DNA from: Promethearchaeota archaeon
Lineage (GTDB): Archaea; Asgardarchaeota; Lokiarchaeia; Sigyniarchaeales; SOKP01
Reading direction: 5' to 3'
DNA: 32,109 nt
Assembly (NCBI GenBank): GCA_011364975.1
Contig: RDOE01000038.1
Coordinates: 1 to 32,109 of the forward strand
In this document: positions 1-9,029 of the stretch, one piece after another
Layout of the letters: each line of letters starts with the position of its first letter
Position numbering within the stretch: position 1 is the stretch's first letter
Notes under the pieces: model-generated
The model's input: the letters and a program-made list of their open reading frames with translations, nothing else
Told to the model about the DNA's origin: nothing
Database searches by the model: none
Made by a program: the position numbers and the translations under genes

Positions 1-1342
1 TGAAATTAAATCAACAGGTATTTTAGGTGTAGGAGTTTTTTATTTAATAGGTTTTGGAGCGTTTGTAGAAGTAGATGAGCGAAAATTACGCTCAAGGAAA
101 TTTCATCGCAATACAAGATTAAGAATAGCCGCTGCGGGTACATTTGTAAATGCTATTACCACAGGAATTGCTTTAATTCTTCTACTAAGTTTTCCTACTT
201 TAATTTCTCCCTTTTATGTACAAGTTTCACAAGTTTATAATGTTCTTACTACTGAAGAAGGAGGTTTTAATGAAGGGAATCTTGAGTATGGAGATGTTAT
301 TATATCAATTAAGAAACAGGGAGAATCTGATGGTCTATATGTCAATCTTGATTATAATAAAGGAATCGATTTAACAGCCATATTAAATAATGAGACGCGA
401 ATAAAATGCGCTGTTGGTGATAATTTAACATTTAATGTCTATAATCCAATTAGTGATGATGTAAATGAGAAAAATGTCATTTTAGGACCCCGCTATAATA
501 TAGGTATAGATTATGAAGAATTAAATGATACTGCTATAGCTATCAAATATAATTACTCCAGTAATATGGCAACTAACATAATTATTACGAAAATAAATAA
601 CACCTTAATAAACAAAACAAATGGTTATACTTTAGGATCTCTCTTAACCAATTTTAACCTTAAAAGGTTAAACTTAACCTCAAATTTAGGAGAGCTCTAC
701 ATTTTAGATGTTAATGTTGATGGAGTCTTCGTAGGGGTGCAGAGCATTCCTTTCTGGATGCATAAGAATGAGTTTGCAAAATTATTTACCAATAATTGGC
801 CTGATTTTTTATATAAAGAAATCGTGTGGTTGTTTATCATTTCATTTAGTGTTACCATATTTAACATGATGCCTCTCCCAATTTTCGATGGAGATAGAAT
901 AATGAAAGAATTGGTAAGCTGGACCATCGGTGAAGATTTTAATTCTCATAGAAAGAAGAAAGAACGGTTTTTATATGATAAAAATGAGCTGGAGTGTGAA
1001 CTATCAGAATATCGTGTAGAGAAAATTGATAGTGTTAAAATTATTTTAGAAGAAAAATTATCTAATAATGAAACTGGTAATATTGAACTAAGTCCTGCTA
1101 ATTATGAGTTAACTGATAAAATTGGAGATGGTTATAAAGATACGGTCCTGATTAAACTCCCTGAAAGTACTACAATTAAAGAAAAGTCTATTTTTGAGAT
1201 TTCTTATGAATATCTTTATGATGAAAAGAAAAAACTAAAGAATAACATTTTAACCATCATTAGATTGATAACTATAATTGTAATAGGCGGGAATTTCCTT
1301 TTATCTTTTATTAAATTTGGATTTAATCTTTTTTGGTTATAA
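1..1342 (+). CDS. Site-2 protease (M50 membrane metalloprotease) with PDZ-like region, 5'-truncated by the window edge
   Basis: Frame is open from position 2 (EIKSTGILGVGVFYLIGFGAFVEVDE...RLRIAAAGTFVN) into the listed ORF at 566. It contains the M50 GAFVE and AAG-x-x-VN segments and the NxxPxxxxDG motif (FNMMPLPIFDGDRI). The HExxH motif would lie upstream of the window. Confidence 0.88.
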   Translation, partial: EIKSTGILGVGVFYLIGFGAFVEVDERKLRSRKFHRNTRLRIAAAGTFVNAITTGIALILLLSFPTLISPFYVQVSQVYNVLTTEEGGFNEGNLEYGDVIISIKKQGESDGLYVNLDYNKGIDLTAILNNETRIKCAVGDNLTFNVYNPISDDVNEKNVILGPRYNIGIDYEELNDTAIAIKYNYSSNMATNIIITKINNTLINKTNGYTLGSLLTNFNLKRLNLTSNLGELYILDVNVDGVFVGVQSIPFWMHKNEFAKLFTNNWPDFLYKEIVWLFIISFSVTIFNMMPLPIFDGDRIMKELVSWTIGEDFNSHRKKKERFLYDKNELECELSEYRVEKIDSVKIILEEKLSNNETGNIELSPANYELTDKIGDGYKDTVLIKLPESTTIKEKSIFEISYEYLYDEKKKLKNNILTIIRLITIIVIGGNFLLSFIKFGFNLFWL

Positions 1343-1358
1343 TAAATCTAATGATGTG

Positions 1359-2357
1359 ATGTTAATAAACGAAGATAAAGAAATTTATTACATTCATACT
1401 CAGTTGGGTAAATGTGATAATTGTCAAAATACACAATTTATAATTTATAGAAAATATTCTGGGGAGAAATTATGTAGTTCCTGTTTTATTAATTCAATCG
1501 AGAAAAATATTTCAGCAACTATCTCAAAATATAAAATGTTAAATCGAGAAGATAGAATTGTAGTTGGTGTATCGGGAGGTAAGGATTCTTTAGCTCTTCT
1601 TTACAACATCTATAAAATTCAAAAGAAAAAATACAAGTCAAAACCTATTATTGCTTTAACTATAGATGAAGGGATAAATGGTTACAGAAATAAGAGTATA
1701 GAGTGTGCTATAAATTTTTGTAAAAAGTTTAATATTGACCATAAAATTCTCCTTTTTAAAGATATAATTGGTAAAACTCTTGATGAAATTATCTCAATAA
1801 AAATTAAGGAATCCGATTATCAATATGCATGTAATTATTGTGCAACTTTTAGACGAAGAATTTTAAATGAAGGAGCAAGAGAACTTGGTGCAGATGTTTT
1901 AATAATGGGCCATAACTTAACGGATTTAGCCGAAACGTATCTAATGAATGTTTTATTTAAAAGACATCAAATTATCGCTAATCAATATCTCTTTAAAAAA
2001 GAAAATAATGAATTAGAACGTTATTATGTTAAAAAGGTTACCCCTCTTATGAAAATTCCCGAAGAGGAAATCTATCTTTATTCAAATCTTAAAAAATTCG
2101 ATTATTACCCGTCGCATTGTCCCTATAGAGAGAAAGATCCAATTCTTAGAAAAAGAGTTTTGGAATTCATTCAAAAAATAAAAAGTTTAAGCCCTGAAAT
2201 TGAATATAATCTATTAAATGGTTTTTTAGAAATATCCGAGATTTTATATCATAAATTTGAAAGAAAATCTTACAATTCTTGTATGAAATGCGGTTATCCC
2301 TGCGGAAGTAATAATCTTTGTCTCTATTGTCGATATATAAATGATCTAAATAAATAA
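1359..2357 (+). CDS. ttuA: tRNA 2-thiolation protein (TtuA/Ncs6/Ctu1 family PP-loop ATPase)
   Basis: SGGKDS PP-loop, N-terminal CxxC...CxxC zinc finger, CNYC, GHNLTD, CPY and a C-terminal CxxC...CxxC. ATG at 1359 is preferred to the TTG at 1317, which overlaps the upstream gene. Confidence 0.88.
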   Translation: MLINEDKEIYYIHTQLGKCDNCQNTQFIIYRKYSGEKLCSSCFINSIEKNISATISKYKMLNREDRIVVGVSGGKDSLALLYNIYKIQKKKYKSKPIIALTIDEGINGYRNKSIECAINFCKKFNIDHKILLFKDIIGKTLDEIISIKIKESDYQYACNYCATFRRRILNEGARELGADVLIMGHNLTDLAETYLMNVLFKRHQIIANQYLFKKENNELERYYVKKVTPLMKIPEEEIYLYSNLKKFDYYPSHCPYREKDPILRKRVLEFIQKIKSLSPEIEYNLLNGFLEISEILYHKFERKSYNSCMKCGYPCGSNNLCLYCRYINDLNK

Positions 2358-2360
2358 TCA

Positions 2361-3344
2361 CTAATCTATCAAAAATTTACTGAATTCTTTTAATTTTGAT
2401 TCTTCACGTACTTCTTCTCTAAAAAGAGGAATTTTAATTAAATTTTTACCAAGTTTATTCTTAAAAATTTCTTCTATTTTCATCAAATTACGCTGTTGCA
2501 TTGAACGGCGAGCCTTACAGAAATCACATAGTTCTTCTTCTTCTAAATATAATTGATTTACAATAATATTTGAGACGGGTATACTATATTTCATTAATTC
2601 ATTTAATAATCGTCCTGTTTCAGTTAATGCCATTTCTTCAGATATCATTACAATGACAAAGGAATTTTTGAGAGGGTCTTTTAAATCTTCACGTGCATTT
2701 ATAATAGATTCATTTAATCGTTCTAATACTTCAAGAGAAGTATCCTCCCTTTTCTCCTCGCTGGTAAATAATTTTTTAATTAAACCAAAAAAACCGCCTA
2801 ACTTCATTCTTATTTTTAATAACTTTCCAATCCAACTTGATAAGGTTTCTGGTAAGCTTAAAAATCTAAGAGTATGGCCTGTAGGTGCTGTATCAAATAT
2901 GACTAAATCATAATCATGTTTTGTTTCTAAAAATTCTAAAACCTTTAATAAAGCAAATGCTTCATCAATCCCAGGGGGATTCATAGCTGTTAAATCCTGT
3001 AATTCTTCCATTATAGGTAATCCATCCCCCATTCCAGGTATTTCCATACTACTTAAGGAAGATAAGTTCATTAGATGGCTATACTGATCCAAATTTTTCT
3101 TAGGGTCAATTTCTAATGCAGTTAAATTGTTAAGATATGGAACCTTAGTTGGTTCACCAGGATTTAGCTCAACTCCTAGACTATCTCCTAAAGAATGAGC
3201 TGGATCTGTACTTATAATTAATGTATTTCTTCCCTGTTCTGCCGCCCAAATAGCAGAGCTTGAAGCACATGTTGTCTTTCCCACACCCCCTTTTCCCCCG
3301 AACATAATCATGCTGAGTGATAATAACATCTCTTTTAAATTCAT
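2361..3344 (-). CDS. ArsA/GET3 (TRC40)-family ATPase
   Basis: GGKGGVGKTT deviant Walker A, STDPAHSL, PGIDE, DTAPTGHTLRFL and a C-terminal CDFC. Single-domain form. Confidence 0.92.
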   Translation of the reverse strand: MNLKEMLLSLSMIMFGGKGGVGKTTCASSSAIWAAEQGRNTLIISTDPAHSLGDSLGVELNPGEPTKVPYLNNLTALEIDPKKNLDQYSHLMNLSSLSSMEIPGMGDGLPIMEELQDLTAMNPPGIDEAFALLKVLEFLETKHDYDLVIFDTAPTGHTLRFLSLPETLSSWIGKLLKIRMKLGGFFGLIKKLFTSEEKREDTSLEVLERLNESIINAREDLKDPLKNSFVIVMISEEMALTETGRLLNELMKYSIPVSNIIVNQLYLEEEELCDFCKARRSMQQRNLMKIEEIFKNKLGKNLIKIPLFREEVREESKLKEFSKFLID

Positions 3345-3437
3345 ATTTAGTTTATCATCCCAAAACTTAATATTACCATAAAATTTTTACTCAAATTTTA
3401 CTAAATTTAATTAATCTTTATCGGAATATTCAAAATA

Positions 3438-4712
3438 TTAGTATGTTAATTTAAAACGAAGAATTCCTACAATACCTCCAAAAGTACTAAATAAAGCTTC
3501 TCCTTCTCCAGTTTGTGTTGAAATAATTACAACTTCAGTGCTCATCGTTTCAGCAATAGTTCCCAGTTCCTCAATTATAGAAATCGTATTTGAAATGTTA
3601 AATGAATTGGAACTACATTTTGGACAAATTTCGTTTTGGATAGATGATTCTAAATTATTAAATTCCAATTCTTTCACTGTGCGATTTTCACTATAACCAC
3701 AATTAGAACATTCCACTTTAACTTTTAATGTATCTAACTTTTCAGAAAGGATGAGTATTTCAACTGCTCCGATATTTAATGCTTTTTGCACTTCATTTAA
3801 TCCATAAATTGCCATTCCCGTATCATTAGAAATTTCCTTGTAAAATTTTTGCATAACTTGTGATTCTTTTATATATTTTACATTTTCAATCTTATCTTTC
3901 ACTTTCTCTACTAGGGCTCTAATCCCTTCGGATCCACCATAACCAAGGTCAACAACATCTATGATTTTCTCTCGCAGTCGGTAATCAAGGCTTTCATCAC
4001 TAACGAATTTTTCTTTAGATTGACCTGGACCTCCGATAAAAATGCCCTGTAAATCTTCCATTTCTAAAAATAACTTATTTACTTCGTCGGATATCCTTCG
4101 ATAAAATGCTTTTTCACCCTCCTCGATCAAACGCTCAAACCTTCTTTGAGATTGACCTCCTGCGCTAAACTTTCCATGTATTCCCGAAGTGAATTCTCTT
4201 ATTATCTCAATTTGAGTTCCCCGAATAAAGCCAACAGCAGATTCCGCCCTTCCAACGACGATTAACCCGTAAGTTTCTTTTGGTTTTAACATATCTTCTA
4301 AAGGCCATAATAAGAATTCGCTGGCACAGTGGTATCTAAAAGTTGTCACCTTTTCTGGAGGATTAATCATATATAACTCATTTTTCTCGGTCCCTGCGGT
4401 ATTATTTTGAGGGATAGCTCCTGAAAACATTACTAATCCATTTTCCGGAACGTCATTTATATTCTTAAGTTGCCCCAATAAACTTGCAATGCTATCTAAA
4501 ACATTCTTCCTCGTTAATTTTGATTTTATATTTTGACTTTCACTTACTTCGTTTTTTAAATGGTTTGTAACATCAGAAATCTTACGATCATGTGGAATAT
4601 ATACTGAAACTAACTCAGTATGGAAGCCTCTCTTTTTTCTTAGTTTCTCTAGAACTTTTTTTGTTTGATAAAGTTGCAGATCTTTACTCTTCTTTTCTTG
4701 CTTTGAACTCAT
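3438..4712 (-). CDS. prf1: Peptide chain release factor aRF1
   Basis: TELVSVYIP, NIKS, YHCASEF (YxCxxxF), GGQSQRRFER, archaeal CxxC...CxxC insert and the terminal FGGIVGILRF. ATG at 4712 is the likely start. Confidence 0.97.
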   Translation of the reverse strand: MSSKQEKKSKDLQLYQTKKVLEKLRKKRGFHTELVSVYIPHDRKISDVTNHLKNEVSESQNIKSKLTRKNVLDSIASLLGQLKNINDVPENGLVMFSGAIPQNNTAGTEKNELYMINPPEKVTTFRYHCASEFLLWPLEDMLKPKETYGLIVVGRAESAVGFIRGTQIEIIREFTSGIHGKFSAGGQSQRRFERLIEEGEKAFYRRISDEVNKLFLEMEDLQGIFIGGPGQSKEKFVSDESLDYRLREKIIDVVDLGYGGSEGIRALVEKVKDKIENVKYIKESQVMQKFYKEISNDTGMAIYGLNEVQKALNIGAVEILILSEKLDTLKVKVECSNCGYSENRTVKELEFNNLESSIQNEICPKCSSNSFNISNTISIIEELGTIAETMSTEVVIISTQTGEGEALFSTFGGIVGILRFKLTY

Positions 4713-4805
4713 ATTGACCAACAAAATTTTAAAGGTAGCAAAAGATTAATAGTTTTTGTTTATTTAAAACTATATAAACAACAAGTTAATTGAGATGGTT
4801 TAACT

Positions 4806-5609
4806 ATAAGCTTAAAAAATGAACAAAATCCTACAGTTCCTTCCGATCATCCAAGATATGAAAGCTTAATATACCGACACAAAATCATTGATGGTATGAA
4901 AAACTTAATAGTTGCTGAAGCAGGATTAATTGCTCATGGGAGAGGTGAATGTTTCGATTATATTTTAGGTGAAAAAACAAATAAAGCCGCAAAAGCTGCA
5001 ATAAAAGCAGCTATTGCTATGCTTTTACTTGCACACTCTCCAATAATTAGTGTGAATGGTAATGTAGCGGTGTTGGTTCCAAACCAGATAGTTCAATTAT
5101 CATATCTATTAAATGCTCCTCTCGAAATTAATCTATTTTATCGAAAAGAAGGTAGAATAGACGCTATACGTAAAGTATTAGAAAAAGCGGGTGCTAGGCA
5201 AATATTGGGTATTGATGAAAGCAAGATGGTTGAGATTAAAGAACTCTCGAGTAATAGAAGAAAAGTTGATCCTGAAGGTATTAAAAATGCTGATGTTGTG
5301 TTAGTTCCGCTAGAAGATGGTGACAGAACTGAGGCTTTGAAACGAATCGGTAAAAAAATAATAGCAATTGATTTGAATCCTATTAGTAGAACATCTTTAT
5401 GGGCAGATATAACTATTATTGATAATATTGTAAGAGCTATACCAGAAATGATAAGAGCAACTAAAGAATTAAAACAATTAGAGAAGAAAGATTTAATAAA
5501 GCTAATAGAAAAATATAATAATACCAAAAATATCAAAAGAACTCTTGATCTTATCACAAAATATATAAAAAATCAAAAACGAAAGCCATTTAAAAAGATC
5601 TACAGCTAA
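4806..5609 (+). CDS. 4-phosphopantoate--beta-alanine ligase (phosphopantothenate synthetase); start uncertain
   Basis: GLIAHGRGECFDY, SVNGN, EINLFYR, VPLEDGDRTEAL and IDLNPISR. The conserved N-terminal P-x-x-HPRYxSL motif is in frame upstream of the ATG at 4896. Confidence 0.93.
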   Translation: MSLKNEQNPTVPSDHPRYESLIYRHKIIDGMKNLIVAEAGLIAHGRGECFDYILGEKTNKAAKAAIKAAIAMLLLAHSPIISVNGNVAVLVPNQIVQLSYLLNAPLEINLFYRKEGRIDAIRKVLEKAGARQILGIDESKMVEIKELSSNRRKVDPEGIKNADVVLVPLEDGDRTEALKRIGKKIIAIDLNPISRTSLWADITIIDNIVRAIPEMIRATKELKQLEKKDLIKLIEKYNNTKNIKRTLDLITKYIKNQKRKPFKKIYS

Positions 5610-5712
5610 ATCTAAATCTTATAATTATTATAAAAAGCTTTTAAAGGTCTAAAATTATATCTAATATAGTTAATAATTACTTTTATCAACGAGAACAAGA
5701 GATAAGCAAATA

Positions 5713-6237
5713 ATGGGGACAGATAAGGATACACAACCTAAACACTTACCTCTTATTGGCGACGAGGATCCCATTGTGATCAGAAGATGTACTTTAGAGG
5801 ATTTAGAGGGTGTAATTGAAGTAAATGAGAAAGAATTACCAGAGGATTATCCTTACTTTTTCTATAAAAGCATCTTAGATAATTATCCTGAATCTTTTCT
5901 CGTCGCGTGTAATCGAGAAGGAATTATTATAGCATACATTATGTGGAGAGTGGAGCGAACCCCTTCAATTAATAGTCTAAAACTTGTTAATAAAGGGCAT
6001 TTAGTATCAATAGCAGTATCAAAAGATTATCGGAGACACAGGATTGCTTCTACGTTATTATCAAATTCCATGGAAAAAGTTAGAAAATATAAAATAGATG
6101 AATTTGTATTGGAAGTAAGAGTAACCAATTATACTGCAATAAATTTATACAAAAAATTTAATTTCTCCACACAAAGCATAAAAGAACGTTATTATAGAGA
6201 TGGAGAAAACGCTTATTATATGACATGTAAAGTTTAA
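5713..6237 (+). CDS. GNAT N-terminal acetyltransferase (Ard1/RimI family)
   Basis: LPEDY, GHLVSIAV, acetyl-CoA loop YRRHRIA, LEVRVTN..AI.LY and YYRDGENAY. Confidence 0.9.
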   Translation: MGTDKDTQPKHLPLIGDEDPIVIRRCTLEDLEGVIEVNEKELPEDYPYFFYKSILDNYPESFLVACNREGIIIAYIMWRVERTPSINSLKLVNKGHLVSIAVSKDYRRHRIASTLLSNSMEKVRKYKIDEFVLEVRVTNYTAINLYKKFNFSTQSIKERYYRDGENAYYMTCKV

Positions 6238-7262
6238 CTGTCAATGAGATAAGATTGCTCGAGTCCCTTTATTAAATGGGTTACTATATTATTTAATGGA
6301 ACGTCAATTCCATATGCAGCAGCCAATTCCACAATTTTTCCATTTAAGAAATCAATTTCTGTAGGCTTTTTTGCAATTATATCTTGCAACATGGAATTTT
6401 CATTACCTGCAGTCTGTTCTGCGACAGAAAACATAAGATTAACATATTTCTCTTCTTCGAACTTTAATCCTTGAGTTTCTGCGATAATTAATGCTTCTTT
6501 CACCAGAGCTTCCATTAACATTCTTAAATTTTTAGATTTTAAGAGTTCCCCATTTGTTAGCTTAGTTAATGCCCCAATAACATTTATTCCAATATTTACA
6601 AATGCCTTTTCCCAAGTATACCTAATAATATCATCTACGATTTCTGTTTTTATTTGACCACTTTGGAGCATCTCTTTTAATCGATTCAATGATAATAAAC
6701 CACTCTTTAGTTTTACCTTATTATCGCGGTATTCTTCTGGGAAAGGAAATCCTATTTTAGTAAATCCCGAACCTGTGTGCATGACTACCCCTGGATTTTT
6801 CAAGACCGCCCCATGGGAGGTGACAATTCTCACTAATTTTTCCTTTTTAACATACAATTCTACCAAGTGCTCGTTTCCTATTCCGTTCTGCAGAAGTATT
6901 ATCCAGTTACTTGCTTCGATAAGGTTTTTATAAGCTCTTATTGCTTTTATGGTATCATATGCTTTAGTGGTTATAAAGAGATATTCAAATTTATCTCCCT
7001 TATCTGATGATAATGAATCTTTATAATTACTGTAATTATCAAAGGCTTTAATGTTTTTGAGGGTCAATAATGTATCACCTCTTTGAAGTATTAATCCCCT
7101 TGCATTGATTACATTTACATGAGCGGGTCTTGAGAAAAAAATGATTTCTGTGGTATCATCATTTTTTAGAGTCGATGCCAAATACCCTCCAAATAAACTT
7201 CCGATCGATCCTGCTCCAATTATTCCAATCACCACGGGTTCCATCTCACGAGTACCTCTCAA
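6234..7262 (-). CDS. panE: 2-dehydropantoate 2-reductase (ketopantoate reductase)
   Basis: GAGSIG Rossmann motif, TKAYD, LQNGIG, WEKAFVN, SMLQD and TEIDFLNG. ATG at 7244 is an alternative start. Confidence 0.93.
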   Translation of the reverse strand: MRGTREMEPVVIGIIGAGSIGSLFGGYLASTLKNDDTTEIIFFSRPAHVNVINARGLILQRGDTLLTLKNIKAFDNYSNYKDSLSSDKGDKFEYLFITTKAYDTIKAIRAYKNLIEASNWIILLQNGIGNEHLVELYVKKEKLVRIVTSHGAVLKNPGVVMHTGSGFTKIGFPFPEEYRDNKVKLKSGLLSLNRLKEMLQSGQIKTEIVDDIIRYTWEKAFVNIGINVIGALTKLTNGELLKSKNLRMLMEALVKEALIIAETQGLKFEEEKYVNLMFSVAEQTAGNENSMLQDIIAKKPTEIDFLNGKIVELAAAYGIDVPLNNIVTHLIKGLEQSYLIDS

Positions 7263-7383
7263 AAAGTTCTTGGTTTTCTCCTTTTATCATCAGTATGATA
7301 TCATTATAATCATATTATCTTTCAATTATATTATTTCATCTATTACTACATGAAACCCTCGTTTAATGCAATTTGTTAAATGA

Positions 7384-8250
7384 TTAGAAGAACTTATCCA
7401 AACTCGTTTGACCCTTGTCAAAAGACCCGGATTCTTTCTTAACATCCAATAAGCTGATCTGTTCGGGATCGGTTCGAGGTTTTACTCCTAATTCTTTCAT
7501 CATCATCAAGGAATTCTTCGCAGCATATCCAGAAAAATGATTGTTGAAATAAATTCCAATCTTTTCGACTTTATCTATTACATTATTTATTGAAACCGCC
7601 CATTCCCTTATCTCTTCTTCAGTAAAAAAATAATCAAACCAAATTTTTTTACCGTATCCGTGAAACCTTAGATAAAAAAACTCTGAGTTGGTGATATCCA
7701 TTCTAGGTGGAAGTAATGGTTCAATCACAGCACAATAGGTTAAAGAATTCTTTTTTAGATAATCAAAAATCTTATCATCCATCCAAGATTCATTTCTAAA
7801 TTCAATCGCTAAATAATACCCTTCTGCCTTTAATTCGCTTGGCCAATTTCTTATAAATTCTCTCAACATTCCAAAATGTTCTTCCCTATTAAATGAGGGA
7901 GGAAGTTGAATTAAAAGGCTAAGAAGTTTCTTCGCCTTTATTAATGGATCAATTGATGTAAGAAAATAATCCAGATCGTTTAAGCAAAGATCTACGTCTA
8001 ATTTATGCTCATGCGTTACTTTTTTAGGAATTTTAGCGGTAAAAAGAAAATTATTAGGTGTTTTATCAACCCAGCTTTTTACAACCCATTTTGAGGGAAT
8101 ATTGTAAAACGTAGTATTAATTTCATTCGTATAAAATATTTCCGAATAGTATAACAAGAAATCCTCTTTCTTGAGGGCTTTAGGGTAAAAGGGACCAACC
8201 CATTCATCATATCCCCAACCAGAAGTACCCACCAATATTTTACGTTCCAT
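7384..8250 (-). CDS. DUF72 (YecE-like) TIM-barrel protein
   Basis: GTSGW.Y..W.G.FYP, EINTTFY, QLPPSF, EFR..SW, Y.RFHG and YFNNH. Confidence 0.92.
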   Translation of the reverse strand: MERKILVGTSGWGYDEWVGPFYPKALKKEDFLLYYSEIFYTNEINTTFYNIPSKWVVKSWVDKTPNNFLFTAKIPKKVTHEHKLDVDLCLNDLDYFLTSIDPLIKAKKLLSLLIQLPPSFNREEHFGMLREFIRNWPSELKAEGYYLAIEFRNESWMDDKIFDYLKKNSLTYCAVIEPLLPPRMDITNSEFFYLRFHGYGKKIWFDYFFTEEEIREWAVSINNVIDKVEKIGIYFNNHFSGYAAKNSLMMMKELGVKPRTDPEQISLLDVKKESGSFDKGQTSLDKFF

Positions 8251-8294
8251 AATTTATTTTTATAAAAATGCGCTTTATTTTTTTCTCACAAATT

Positions 8295-8477
8295 TCAATA
8301 CATAGCTTTAGCATCAAAACCCTTAATTATGGGATCTCTTTTCTGAATTATTAATTTTTTTAGTAATTTAAAAATCTTTTCCCTTGTATCCAAATTCTCC
8401 TTTTTAATATGGGACGCAAAAAGCTCTAATTCATCAATAAAATAGATTTCTATTAGACAGAAAAATATAGATATCAT
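8295..8477 (-). CDS. Small hypothetical protein (doubtful)
   Basis: 60-aa ORF with no recognisable motif. Confidence 0.25.
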   Translation of the reverse strand: MISIFFCLIEIYFIDELELFASHIKKENLDTREKIFKLLKKLIIQKRDPIIKGFDAKAMY

Positions 8478-8522
8478 AGGCGATATCTATAGTCTGACAG
8501 ATTATCTTAAATCAAAGCCAAG

Positions 8523-8889
8523 GTGATAACAATAATTAATTTCTTCATAATCGTTCTAGAAGTTGCATTTTTTATATTTCTCTTAATCCTAACTACGCTA
8601 ATTTTAAGAAGCTTTGTTATTAATAAGCATTGGAATGATTCTTTCAAGACGCCTTTCACCATTTAGAATTATTCAACTTACTCTATACCCTATAACAAAC
8701 TTTATTGAGAATTACTTAAACATTTTCATTTCTTTTGGGATTTCTTTTATTATAGGAATTTTTACTGTTAAATACATTTATAATGTACAATTTAAACCTG
8801 CACTTCAAGCAGTAATTTATATATTAATATGCCAAGTACTTATTTGGTCTACTTGGTTCCCTGCTTCGGGGATGTTTTTGAGATTTTAA
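8523..8889 (+). pseudogene. Probable frameshifted small multi-pass membrane protein gene
   Basis: A hydrophobic ORF at 8523-8666 (VITIINFFIIVLEVAFFIFLLILTTLILRSFVINKHWNDSFKTPFTI*) starts at a GGTGA-like site. It overlaps a second hydrophobic frame (8614-8889) that reads like its continuation. Confidence 0.4.
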
Positions 8890-8986
8890 AACGCACCTTT
8901 ACCCCTTAAAAACTTATTTTTTTTGACCATAAAATTTTTAATTAAGTATTAACTCATATACTTCGCCGACGGTAAAATATCAATAT

Positions 8987-9004
8987 GAAATTAATTTATA
9001 TATA
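8987..9004 (+). promoter_or_regulatory. Putative BRE/TATA promoter of the 23S rRNA transcription unit
   Basis: GAAA (8987-8990) followed by TTTATATATA (8995-9004), about 25-30 nt before the structured, higher-GC leader begins. Confidence 0.55.
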
Positions 9005-9029
9005 CCAACGGTAAGTTATTGATTGATAA

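Noticed and set aside
2361-3344. Arsenic-resistance ArsA call
   Set aside because: Single domain, no arsB/arsD/arsR neighbours, and GET3-type CxxC and Met-rich features.
697-7353. Short antisense ORFs (697-927, 2167-2361, 2653-2913, 5138-5557, 7141-7353)
   Set aside because: Shadows of well-supported genes on the opposite strand.
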